From contig OY253669.1 in NCBI GenBank assembly GCA_958009085.1, positions 1,116,001 to 1,180,000 on the forward strand: DNA of 64,000 nucleotides, written 5' to 3'. Every line of letters starts with the position of its first letter. Position 1 is the first letter of the stretch. Of this stretch, positions 34,768 to 47,018 are shown in pieces. A program made the translations under genes and the position numbers. This DNA comes from Protoeuglena noctilucae. Lineage: Eukaryota. The notes below the pieces were generated by a model. The model had not been told where the DNA came from and made no database searches. It saw only the letters and a list, made by a program, of their open reading frames with translations.

Positions 34768-36487
34768 TCAGCCTAGTGGTTGAATGATAGTGGCGGGAAG
34801 GGCCTGCTTCTGGTGGGCGTTGCGGAGCTGACCGCAAGCCACCGCCGCCTCCAGACCCCTCGTTTCCCTGGGAGCAGTGAGAATGGGGTGAGGTGAATGG
34901 GGAGCGAGAGTGGGTGTGGTGGCGTGGGTAACAGTATGGGTAGCGGAGGCTTGTGAACGTGTCCATTGCCGCTCATGCCACAGCGAAACATCAGCGCTCC
35001 TGAACGCAGTCACCTCACAGAAACAGGGACCCCGTCCCTCTTCAGCAGGCCCTCGAAGGCCGCCACCGCCCCCGGCACCGGCCTCTTGAACTCCGACTCG
35101 TCCACCGGGTTCCAGGGAATGAGGTTGACGTGGAATGCGCCCCCGTGGCCGAACCGGGCCTTGCGCAGGAGGGTGGACAGCTCTGCCGCGTGCTGCGGCT
35201 GGTCGTTGACGCCCGCCAGAAGAGTGTACTCGAAAGACACTCGCCGCCCTGCGCCCATCACAAGGTTGACACGGTTGTCGTCTCGTGAGTCGTGGATCGT
35301 CCCATCGTTGAGGTACGCAAGCCGCCTGGCCGCACGCGTGGGCCGCACACGTGCCCCACCTGTCGCGCGGAAGTACTCGCTGCAGTCGGCCATGAGGGCG
35401 TCGATGGGGTAGGCGCGGGCACTGGGCGCGATGCGCTCGCGTAGGGCCTGACTCGGGGCGTGGATGCTGACGGCGAGCGTGCACTGGAGGCGCTCCTGGG
35501 CCAGCCGGGCGATGGCGTTGGGGACCCCGACGGTCGAGATGGTGATCTTGCGCGCCCCGATGCCCACCTCCTCGTTCAGGACCCGCACCGCATCCAGCAC
35601 GGCCGGGACGTTCAATAGGGGCTCGCCCATGCCCATGAACACGGCGTTGCTCACGCGCTGCCCGAACCGCTCCTGCACCGTCAGCACCTGGTCCACGACC
35701 TCGTGCGCCTCCAGGTTCCGAGCGAACCCGCCCTTGCCCGTCGCACAGAAGGTGCATCTCATTGGGCACCCGACTTGCGAGGACACGCAGCACGTGAGGC
35801 GGCCACCTCCGTCCGCGTCCGACGGGATCCCTACCGTCTCCACCACCAGCCCGTCGCTCAGCTGGAGGAGATACTTGGCCGTGCCGTCCGCAGCCCGCAC
35901 CTCGTGGTGCAGGTGGCTGCGGCCAGTGCGCCAGCCCTCTTGCGTTAGCTGCTCCCGCCACGACTTGGGAATGGTCGAGATGTCTGCGCAGGGGGGCTCG
36001 GGAGGTGCCAGGGTGGCACGCAGTCGGCTCAAGCATGTCGGCCTCTATTAGGAGGGAACCAGCGCGTCCCAGGGGCGTGTCAGGTCACCTTGGATGGTCG
36101 CCGCCCCGCCCAGGACCGCCTGCCGGAGCTGCTTCCCACGGAACCGCGGCTGCCCCGCCGCGACGGCCATGTCGGCCAACTCCGTCTCCGAGGCCGCCAG
36201 CACAACCCGCCGCCGGAGCAGCTCGCCGCGCTCGCGCCGGGACAGCGCCCGCGCCTCCGCATCCCCTTGCGCATCCCGCACCGCCTCCGCGTCGTGCGCG
36301 TCCCAGGGCCCGTCCGTCACGCCTGGTCGGCGTGGGACGGCGGTTGGGCCCACGGGCGCTGGTGCCTCCGACTGTCGGCCCTCCGGAACGCTCCCACGCC
36401 CAAAGCGAGTTCTTCTCTCAACAACAGGCTCACGAGGAAGGGTAGCTGCCTCGTCAGGCTGCGTGCGGCCCCGCGACGCGTTGACAT
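34768..36487 (-). CDS. rlmN: RlmN-type radical-SAM RNA methyltransferase, organellar, 5 exons
   Basis: [18 protein letters not shown] (CxxxCxxC), [32 protein letters not shown], terminal ACGQL. Confidence 0.95.
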
Positions 36488-37261
36488 GGGGCTGCTCGCG
36501 GTTGCCGCCCCAACCGGCCCGCCCTTCCTCGCTGCGTCTGCTGGATGGCAAATTACGTGCTCTGCGAACGAAACAAAAGCGCTCTTTGGCAAAGGATACA
36601 GCGTGTGCGGCCAAGGGCGTCCTGTAAAGGGCTGGAAGCGCAGAGGGGCTGGAAGTCGGGAAAAAGCTGTCGGCCAGGCGGCCCAGGCTCACCTTGGTAG
36701 CGCGGAAGTCACGATTGTTCTCGCGTGCAAATGGCAGCACGCACACCTCGCCGTGGCCGCGCGGCCGGCGGAGGAGGCCGCGCACAACATCTCCCCAGGC
36801 CACACCAGCCTGCGATGGGACACTGGGTTTGAAGGGAAAGATGCCGGTGTTTTTTTTTTGCCAATGAGGATTCAAAGAGATGACGGCTAGGGTAGGGTTT
36901 GGAAGAATCGTGCCGCCAGCTGCCGAGACAGACTCGCGAAGCGGTTCAGAAGAGAGGCTGAGCGCTCGAGCGGCCCACAACATGTGCAGATTGAGTAGTT
37001 GTAGTAGAAAGAGAGTTAAGGGTTAGCAGGGTTTGTTGAGCAGCTGTTGTTCAGGAGCTGACAAAACCACATCAGGCCTCCTCTCTCCGCCGCTCGCAAC
37101 GAAACCTGGCACGGGATGTATGCATGCGTGCGCTGGGAGCGCGAATTGTGAGAGGCCTTCGTGATTTTCCGAGTGCATCGGCGTGCGACCTACCGTTCGG
37201 TGCCCCTCCCGCCGGGGTGGAGAATTGGAGGATCGGGACATTCGCTGCATTGCGTTCGTTG

Positions 37262-38638
37262 ATGGAGTTGCCAAGCGAGAGCGGGCGGCAGTCGTGGGGA
37301 GGCGGGGAACGCGCAGCTGTGCTGTGCGTCGTCCCCTCCCTGCCTGCGGACGTCGGCCCGTCGATTGCGATTGTTCGCGCGGCCATCGATGACGCCATCG
37401 AGAAGGATGCTCTGGACGCTCGCGTCGTCGATGTGGTGATGCGCCCGAACGCCGACCCCGATACGGATGCCCCAGCGGGCGTGGTCTGCCTTGCGTCCCT
37501 CACCACTCGAGGAGGTGAGCCGCCCGCAACCTCCCGCCCCGACATTTCGACTACACTTGTCCGGAGCCCCACACCGGCGCCTCATTCGCCCCGCAGGAGA
37601 ACAGGCGCTGCTCGCCAGGCTCCGCAGCGTCCCGGGGGTACACTTGGTTGAGTCGTGGATTACGGCACCATGCTTCGTGCCCATCCGATGCCCCAGCCTG
37701 CGAGAGCTCACCCTGCCCGTGGAAGAGGCGTGCTCGCCCGCCGCGACGTCCCTGCTCAGGCGAGCGGGAAGGGGCCCGTTCTCACCGCGCCGGCCTGGCA
37801 TGGCTTGCTGGCTCATGTCGTGCAGCCACGCGGCACGCAGGGACGCCGGGACGCTCTGCCTGGACGGCGCGGTCAGAGGCGAGGACCTGGGCGGGGCGTT
37901 GGCGGGTGCAGATGGCCGCATTGCCATGGCAGAGTTTTTGCTTGCGACCAAGCACCCCCAGCTGCACCCCGGGAAGGACCCCTTCGCCTTTGCGGAGATG
38001 GGCTCGCGCGGCAACGAGCGCTTCGACCTGCTCTTCGACCTGGACGACCCCCTCGCTGCGACGGTCGCCCGGCTGGCACGCGAGGGTCCCTGGATGCCCC
38101 TGGTGCGGCAAGCCCTGGGACCCTCGGCCCTGTGCATGGCGGGCGTCATCTACTCGCGCCCCGGGGCCCCAGACCAGGCCTGGCACGCGGATGGGGGGCA
38201 CGTGGGGCGCGCCGCCGGCTGGTGCGCGGGCGCTGAGACGCTGGCTGGCCACCTTTGCTGCTGCTCGCCCCCATCCCATCCTATCCCTCGCTCGCCGCTG
38301 CTCCTCGCAGGGACGGCCAGGGCGCCGAGGATCCGTACGCGCTGTGCGTGTTCGTGCCGCTCATCGACTTGGACGTGCGTGTCGGCTACACCCAATTCTG
38401 GCCTGGGTCGCACGTCTCCAGCGGCCTGGTGGGGTTCGGGGCCGCCGCGGAGCTCATGGGGTGCACGGTGGATGCGATCGTCGCGGCGGGCGACGCCGTG
38501 GTCTACGACTACCGCCTCATGCACCGAGGGATGGCGAAGGTTGGGGACCGCCGCCGGCCAGTCCTGCAGTACGTCTATCACGTGCCGTCGTACCGCGAGA
38601 CCAAGAACTACGGCACGGAGAAGCTCTTTGGCATTTGA
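37262..38638 (+). CDS. PhyH-like Fe(II)/2-oxoglutarate dioxygenase, 4 exons
   Basis: QAWHADG (HxD), CVFVPLIDL, TQFWPGSH, GDAVVYDYRLMHRG (distal His), RPVL. Confidence 0.85.
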
Positions 38639-38758
38639 ACTGGAAGGAAAGGAAACGTGGGGTTGGTGGCGGCGAGGGCCCACCTAGGCAAGGGAGCGCG
38701 TCGCAGAGGCCTGCTCAGCGATGGAAATGATGTGCACCAGCTCCAATCGAGCGGGATG

Positions 38759-39968
38759 TCAACTCTCTTTCTGCAGCGGGGCCCCGGACGCCCCAGGGAG
38801 GCTCCTCTCGAGCCTCCGGGCCGCCCCTTGCAGCCGCGCTGTCAGGCCGCCCAGCACTCGCCCGATCACCGCAAAGTCGGCGTGGAGCCGGAACCCTCCC
38901 AGCGGAGACGGAGCCGCGTCGTCCTCCTCTGCGGCACGGCCACTTGGCCCCGTTGCAGGCCCCGACGCGCGCCCTGCTGTCGAGGGGGACGCCTCCATCG
39001 GTCGCCTCTGCCCCGCCCCCGCCCCCGCCCCCGCCTCCCCCGCGGCTCGCGCCGACGCCGCCCCCGGCTGCTGGCTGCGTCCGCTGCTGGCCAGCGTGGT
39101 GGAGGAGAAGACCGGCGTGGCTGGGGCCTTGACTGCCCGGTCCAGCTCAAAGTGCCGGGCCATCTCGGCAGCAATGTCTGCCTCCGCGGCCGCCGCGCGC
39201 GCCTGCGATCGGCCGAGAGAGCGCCAAGTCGGTCACAGCGACCGGGGAGGACTGCGACTCATACACTCAAGCGACGGCCTGCCGTGGCACAGCGGTGCAC
39301 GGCCCGTCGACATCAAAAATGGTCACCTGCTCCACCGAGCAAGACATGACGTCTCCCGCCCACTCGTCGACGACGAAGAAACCCTCCTCGGCGATGAATT
39401 TGCCGGGCACCTTCGAAATCTTCACCCCGCAGCCCTCCATCCGCGACGAGCGCCACTCGCCCCGGTACACGTTGCCGTTGCGCCACACTGCGACGGCGGC
39501 GCGACGGCGGGGGTTCTCTCCGGCGCTGACAGACGCAGCAAAGTCGATGGACTGGCAAAGCGCCCGCAACGGCCGCCATCGCCGCGCGGATCCTCCGAAC
39601 GCACCATACGCCCCGAACCCGTGCATGTGGTTGTCCAAAAACTCCCCTTCATACCGGTCCCCGTTGCTGTACTTCATCACTCCCCTGAAGCCAGAGGCGG
39701 GACGGCTCGCTTGGCAAGCGCGGCCCGCGGATTGCGGGATGCCGGCAGCTGGAGCGAACGAAGTGTGCGGCGGTCCGTGGAAGTCCGCGGCGCGGCGCCG
39801 GTCGAGGGCCCCGCACGTGCGGCACCTCTGAGCCAATGCCACGAATTCTATCGACGGGGGGGCCGGGAGTAGCCGTCACCTGATGTGGCATTTCCCATCG
39901 CGCACAAGACCCTCGTACGTGGAGCCATCGAGCCACTTGATGCTCTCCCACTCCAGTCCTCGCGACAT
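38759..39968 (-). CDS. MORN-repeat protein resembling the TIC100 MORN module, 4 exons
   Basis: WLDGSTYEGLVRDGKCHIRG, YSNGDRYEGEFLDNHMHGFG, WRNGNVYRGEWRSSRMEGCG; 3 GT-AG introns. Confidence 0.85.
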
Positions 39969-40644
39969 GGCTGCAAAGGCGAGACCTTCCCAGCCCTTCG
40001 GAGCTCCCCGTCGGCGCTCGAATTCTACCGGCCAGAAGTGGGCGTGGAGTGGACGTGCCACGAGCGAACTCAGGGCGCGCGCAGGCAATGGGGAGAGGCG
40101 CAAGGAGTCGCTCGCGTCGCGCCGAACGGGCAATGGGTGCGCGGAAGATTCGAAGTTTGCATGTTGCGCCGGCGCCGCAGGCTTATTTGCCAGTGGCAGC
40201 GCGGCTCGGCCTAGATGCCGACAGCGCGCTTCCTTGGGCCTCATTTAGTGCAAACAGAGCTTTCAAAAACCGCTCCCGTGACGCTCGCTGCAGTCGGCTT
40301 TGGCAAAACCAAAAGATCGAGCTCGACAAGTCCTGCGCGTGCCCGCGGTCGCTACGTGGGAAGGAGCGGGAGGCGGAGGTGCGGCGTCACGCGGCGGCTC
40401 TCAGTGCTCGCTTGCGCCGCTCACGCGCCTGTCTTTGCAGCACTCACGCGCCCCGCCCCTCCATGGGCGAAACCCGAGTTGTCCTTGCGCTTCATTATAT
40501 TCACCTGTCGCTCCCTGCGTCGGCCATGCGTTTCTCGCAGGCAACAGCTTAACAAAGCCGGTCCCATTGCTCTGAATGTTGCGCAGGCACTGGGTGCGCG
40601 CAGAGCATCCTTTGGATGGCGTCCCGGGGGCATTGTGTGGCACC

Positions 40645-41372
40645 ATGTCAGCAGTAGCGGCGGACTACCCCACGGAGCCAGCTCTGAGCAAAAGGCGAGC
40701 GCGCGGCAAGCCTGTGCCCTTTCGCCAAGCCATGCATCGCGAGGGCGGCCGTGCGCCGGCCTTATCGATGCCCGGTAACATGGCGTACTCTCATTGCGTC
40801 GTTTGCTGCCATCTCCATGCAGGTTCAGCGAGAAGCGGGCGCGGGAGGTGATGAAGCAAGTCATGGTGGACAAGCTGAAGGGCCAGGCGAGGGCCGGCTG
40901 CACCACGCGGCGTGTGTGCTTGCTTCTCAAGCGTACGCACACGAGGCGCCAAGACCGGCATCGCTTCACGAGCGCTGAGCTAGCTTGGCTGTCCCAATGG
41001 TGCGCATGCCGTGTCCCTCCCCGCCCGTGCAGGAGTATAACAACGACACGGCGCCGCAGTTTGCACGGGAGATTGCGGACGAGGTGAAGCGCGTCCTGGC
41101 GGGGGAGGGCTGGCCGCGATACAAGCTCGTCGTGCAGTGCGTGATTGGCGAGCAAGGGGGCCAGGTGTGGGATCGGGCGATGGGCATTGTGCTGTGCTGC
41201 CCTGGCCGCCGCGTCTCGAGTTCTACGACTCGGTTTCGCCGCCCCCTCGCAGGGCATGCGCATGGGGTGCCGGTGTTTCTGGGACACCAAGTCCGACGCG
41301 TTTGCAGAGGAGATGTACAGCAACGAGAGCATGTTTGCCGTCACTGCCGCCTTTGGCATCTACTACTACTGA
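40645..41372 (+). CDS. Tctex-1 family dynein light chain, 4 exons
   Basis: RFSEKRAREVMK…EIADEVK…PRYKLVVQCVIGEQGGQGMRMGCRCFWDTKSD…FAVTAAFGIYYY*; introns 40695-40822 and 40887-41032 are GC-AG. Confidence 0.92.
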
Positions 41373-42458
41373 GAGTGCCGGCCGCAGCATTCAAGCAGAG
41401 CGGGGCAGGGCAATGCTGTCGCCACGACAGATGCGCCGGGAAGGGAACCGGGACAAACGTTAACAGACGTTGTTGTCCTGCACACTACGACGGGGTGGGG
41501 TGCAGGCACGGGCCGAGGGCCCTCCATATTGCATCTGCCAACGACGCTGCCAACGACGTAGACAAAAAAGGGAACGACGGCAACCTCAGCCGCAACCTGC
41601 AAACCCGATGCACAGGGCATTGGGCCACAGCGGAAGCTCAAGGCCCGCAATTAGACATCAATCGACCTGGCCTCGTGGCTAAGGACCACCCCACGCAGTG
41701 GGGGAGGCCCCTGTGACGGACAACCACTGGCCAAGAGTGGCCCAATACCCTCCCAGCGGTGGGGCGGGTCGCTGCATGGCAACATGGATGACGTGGAAAG
41801 GGCACGGCGCAGCGCATCGATTGATGAGGGCCGCGGAGCGGACGGCAGAACTCATCGAGCAACCGAGGCCGTGGCTTGGGGAGCAAGCGCGAGCCGAGCC
41901 CATCGCAGGGTCGTGATCCATCACCCTGAAACTGCAAGCTCGTCGGCATTAGGCAACGGAATGGGAAGAGGTGGGATGGCGGGAGTCGAGCTGTGGAAAG
42001 CAGCCGGGACCTGAAATGTCCCACGGGGCTGGGCAGGGGGGTGGGGAGCAGGCTTGCGCATGGAGCGGCTGCGTAGCACGTAACTAGGCCCGGGCCAGCA
42101 ATGAAGCATGCTGGCGGCGGCGCATGGGAGACTCGGAAACGTCGACAGTCTCCTCATAGTAATGGGACGATGAAATGGAGTGCGATTGCTAGCTCGTCTC
42201 AGGACGTATCATGGGGGAGCGTGGGCAGTCGGCAGCAAGCCCCAGCAAGCCCCATGTGGAATGGACGCGGGGCTATGCGGGGCCCGGGTCGAAACATGGA
42301 TGCCTGGGAGGTCCACCTGAGATCCGGAGCAGTTCGCTGCAGCCGTCCTGGCGGGCGCACGGCCGCGGACGAGGCGCAGCTGGGCGCGCAACAGGGCACA
42401 AGCATGGGTCAAGAGCCCAACATCCACAGAAGGGAGCTGCTTCACGAGATGAAGCCTC

Positions 42459-45400
42459 CTACGCGCAGGTGCCGCGCAGGGTGAGCCTGCAGGTGCGGGG
42501 CGGGCGATGCGGGCGTGGGCGCCAAGTTCTGGTACAGCGACGCCAGCGTCAGGGAAGCGCTGCATGCATCACCGCCCTGTGCTCACCGGAGCTGCTCTGC
42601 GAGCACCAGAGTGGTGCGGCCGCGCTTGGCCGGCCGCCTCATTAGCTCCCGCCACTTGTCGTGGCTGAGCCGCCCCGCGCTCTGGCGAGGGTCACCCTGA
42701 GGCGGCGTGGGAGGGGCGACTGTCACCGTTGCTCGAAGCGGGGCTCAAGGGGCTTAGGCACGATGGTCGTGAGAGTGGAGGCAGGTGCTGCGAGGGTGCA
42801 TGGTGATGCATCGCGCATCGTAGGTCCTTGCTGTCCACTCACGTCCGTCCAACCCTCGAAGACAACCTGCTCGTTCGTCGCGGCGCCCTTCATCGGCACC
42901 TGCCGGACTCCCACGGGCATCAGGTAGTCGATCGCAAAGGGCTGCACCTGCAACACACGAGCAGCACCGGCCATGCTCACGCTCTCGTCACCAGACCCAC
43001 GCAAGCACTTGGATGAACCCAACAGCAACAGATGCACGAGCTCTCGCATATCGCGCAACGAAAGCCCGCCCTCGATGCCTGATGCCTGGCTGGAGCAGCC
43101 CCCGCGCACACGAGCACGCTCCACACAGCGCCACCACCACACTCGCCTCCTGCCCGACCGTCTTGCCCACGGAGTCCTTGAGGAAAGCCTCGTAGGTGTC
43201 GACCTCCCTTTCGTAGTCCCGGACGGGGAAGTTGGTCTTGGCCGAGGGGCCCTTGGAGACCAGGAGGCCGCGGTCGTACTGCGGCCATCGTTGCGGTCAC
43301 TGTCGACAGATGGGACAGCAGATGGCAGTCTCTCCAATGAACACCACTTGGCGCAGTCTGACAGCAACTTCGACCACCGACCCGCGGGGTCGTTGCCAGC
43401 CCGGCCTAGCTGCGAGCTCCTGTCGCAGCAGCCCGTCCGGGCGCACGCCGCGCCGCCCAGCACGCCAGGCCCTCACCTGCCTCGCCGCCTCGGACTCCGC
43501 CTCGAAGACGCCGAATGACACGTTTTTCTTGCCCAGGAAACACCCGATGCGGGCCTCCCAGCGCCCGGGCCGTCCCGACACCCCCCGGTACCGCGACCGC
43601 CCCCGGGCGAAGGCGTTGCTGTGGCGGCGGATGTGCGCGACGAGCTCGTCCTGGTCCATGTGGCTGACCTCCTTGAGCTTCTCCGCGTACTTGTCGTGCG
43701 TGAAGTTGGTGCTGGCACGGTCGCCCTTGCAGAAGATGGCGGCCAGGTCGTGCGCCTCCGCCGCCGCCTCTTCCGAGTCATAGCCGCCCAGGTACAGCTG
43801 CCGACCCTGGGGACGCGATATGCACGAGGAAGGGCATCAGGCGATGCTGCTGGGATCTGGCTGCGCTGCCCCTGGGCCGCCCTTGTGCAGCAAGAGCGCT
43901 CTGCGCTAGCCGAACCCCGTGTCCCGCTGCTGCGCACCTGGACCCACACGGAGGCCTCCCAGCGGCCCGTGAGACGGTGCTTGGAAACGCCCTTGTATCG
44001 ACTGGAGTTGCTGGCGGTCTGCGGCACGCCCTCCGGGTGCCTCGCCCGCACCCTGCATGCCGCCAAGAGGCCGAATCTGGCACGTGTCATCTCTGCCAGA
44101 ATAAGAGGCCCCGACATCTTCCTTCGACATGCCAGTCTCTAAGCGAGCCAGACCGAGGCATGCGTGTCGTGGAGGCAAAGGTCAGACGCCATGCTGCGTG
44201 CCCACCCTCTTAGGCGCGTGCCTGCTTGCCCCCTGACCCTCACATACCTCGGCCCGTGCCACCCACTCCCGACATCCCGGCTCACCTCGGCACTGCGTCC
44301 CGGCCCTTGCCGTCGTTGGAGGACCTGTCTGAGTCGTCGCCTCCCTCCTCCGCCCACTGCGCAAAGGCGGTGCTGCGGTCGCACCCATCCGCATCGACCT
44401 GAAATGCGAGAAGCACACGGGAGGTGGTCCGCAAGCCTAGGTACCGACGCATGGCTGCAGACATTAACACGTTGCTTTGCCTCTGGCACCCACGACGCCC
44501 ACGCACCCCACCCAGCCGCCTCGTCACCCAGCAACCCCACCACCGCTCTCGTGCCCTCACCTCGTAAGCAGGGACTTGTGATGCCATCTGCCCCTCCCCA
44601 CATCCCTGACCCGACCCATCCCTACCAGCGTAAGTCACCTTGTCAATGAGGCCGGCCCCGTCCCCGCGGGAGGCGAGGCGCGTGGACCTCCTGCAGTGCC
44701 CCGCTCCCTGGGAAGTGTCCCTTTGGCCCAGAAAACGCGGAGAGAAGGCCACGTGCGGGAGCGGGGGACCCTGGGGAGCCAGCAGGCTCATGCCACTTGT
44801 GTCGGACAGCAGCGTGTAGGCGCCCAAGACCGCGTTCCTGCAACGGGCGGAGTGCGTTTGGGGTATGAATTGCCGTTTGACAGACGCAGCTTTGCCGTGA
44901 AGCTGTGCCGCAGTGCTGCTCCCAGTGCGGCCGGCCATGCCTCTGCAGCGCCTCACCTGGGCAGTGCGCCCTCGAGGTGGGGAGAGGCAGCGGCGCCCTG
45001 CGACGGCGCGAGGAGGACGTCCGCAGTGGGCGAGCCCAGCTGCCACGGGAGGGGACCCGCGGGCCATCGGGAGTAGGGCTTGGGGGTGTCCAGGGCGCTG
45101 TGGGGCAGCGTGGCGTCTGTGACGTCCGTGGCAGAGGTGTTCTGCGGTGAAGGAGAGGGAGAGCGGGGCGACGTTCCCGGCATGCCTGGTGGGCGCGTTT
45201 GCACGTCCAGCTGGGTCCCCATGGGCCGGCGAGGTGGGGATCGTGGGAGGCGGAGCCCACCTTGCTCTGCCAGCCGCTGAGCTGTGGGGCGGACGAGTTC
45301 AGCCTGGGCCTCTGAGCGGGCGAATTCTCCGGCGTGTCGTCCGGCCCGGGCGAGCCCTGCAGTTGGGTCGGGGAGGGTGACGTCGCCGTGCAGCACAGGG

Positions 45401-46088
45401 GCGCAGAGCGAAGGGCCGCGCGAGCGCCCGCGGCTACCAGCCGCGCACCTGATGAGTCGTCACGGCCAGCATGCGATCGGCCGATCGCTTGGCGGCGTTG
45501 GCGCGGGGCGGGGGCCCCGCCAGGTAGAACGCGGGGTAGTCGCGCGTCGGGAGGTCCGCGGCAGGGTGGTTCCTGCGCGCCAGGCTCAGTCGAATCCTTG
45601 AGGCGGACCTGTCGCGATGGCGGTCGCGACGCCCCTAGATGCCGGCAGCTGCGCACCTGGAGAATCCACTTGCGAAGAGGCTGGGGAATTCGGGCGCGCA
45701 GGCACCGCCCACGCCTCCCTGGGCCCAATCCCTGCAAGCATAGGGCACAACAAGGGCGGGAGGTCGCACGTCCGTCGCGGGGAGTGCCACATGGGGGGCG
45801 AGGGCGCGGTTGGCTGTTGGGCATGGGGGCCGGGGGTTCCGGGCCGCGCCGATTCGCGCGCGGGCACAGATGAGCCCGCGCCAGCCACTGGACGGAGCGA
45901 ATTCGCATGATATCGGCGGCATCAGGGGCCAATGTGCTGCCGAGGGCGCGGGGAGGGCGCATCTCGCTCCCGAGCACTCACGCGTCATCCACCGTCCCAT
46001 ACGCCGCCTCCGTGTCGTCTCTAAGGTAGTTAAACAAGTCCTGGAAGTGATCGGCGCCACTCGCGCCCTCGGGAAGCCGCGAACTCAT
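42459..46088 (-). CDS. Double-AP2-domain transcription factor (AP2/ANT/WRI-like); both ends approximate
   Basis: SRYKGVSKHRLTGRWEASVW+GRQLYLGGYDSEEAAAEAHDLAA; linker RRHSNAFARGRSRYRGV; second domain RWEARIG…AARQYDR…KTNF. Confidence 0.9.
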
Positions 46089-47018
46089 GGCCCGCCCCTC
46101 GTCCCGCTCCGCCAGGCGCTTGCGCAGCAAGGCCCTGCGCGCGCCCGGGGCGTGAATGGAAGATGCTGAGCCCGGGCAGGTTAGACGGCCCCGATCTCCC
46201 CGGATTGGGGAGGGTCGCAAGCGCGAGATGCCCAGCACCCCAGCGGGTTGGCGCGCGGCGATGGAGGTGGTTCAGCAAACCAGTGGTCAGCACCACAAGT
46301 GCGTGCATCCCACGGGGCAGTCGCGAGTCTCAGACGGGGTGCCCGGGGCGCCATCGCAGGAAATAAATGGCGCGGGCCCTGCGCATGGAAATGCCAGCAA
46401 ACGGCGCTGGCCGGAGGCCCACCCCGCGGGTCCCCGGATTTGACATGCTGTCAGGAGTGCGGCCACGGGGACATCGGACCCGATCCGCGCCAAGAGCGCC
46501 CTCGCGGCCCGCTTGCCTCCCCGGACAAGGGAGCGAAAGAGGGAAATCCCGCCCCCCTCGGGACAATCTGCTTTATACGACAATGTGCGGGAAATTCGAC
46601 ATCTGCAACCGAGTTCACCGCGGAACGGGCCCGCCAAGCGGGGCCGGAGCAGCCAGCACCCCGTTGGCGCCACGCGGGGCTTTCGGGAAAGAATTCCTCC
46701 GTGCACGCGCGAGTCTTCGGCAATCTCGCCTCCCCGCAGGTCCGGCTCCCCAGGAAACGGGCGCGGCGATCTCACCGGGCTCCCTTGATCCTTTGTATCG
46801 CCCTGGCCCTCGGCAGCTTGCGAATCTCTTGCGCAGCAGTCCGCGGATCCGTGCAGAGACGTCATGCGAGCCGGCTGGTGAGTTCCTCGGGCCATGCGAG
46901 GTCTGACGGGGGTGGCACTCGTCAGCCCAATTTGTCAGTGACAGCCCTGAGCCCCAACTCCGCGGCGAAGCGAGATTGCCGATTCACATGTCTATCTTAT
47001 GGTTCTGCTACCCGAATG

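Noticed and set aside
41373..42458. About 1 kb gap between Tctex1 and the AP2 gene with short ORFs
   Set aside because: No coding bias, terminal repeats or domain; likely convergent 3' UTRs.
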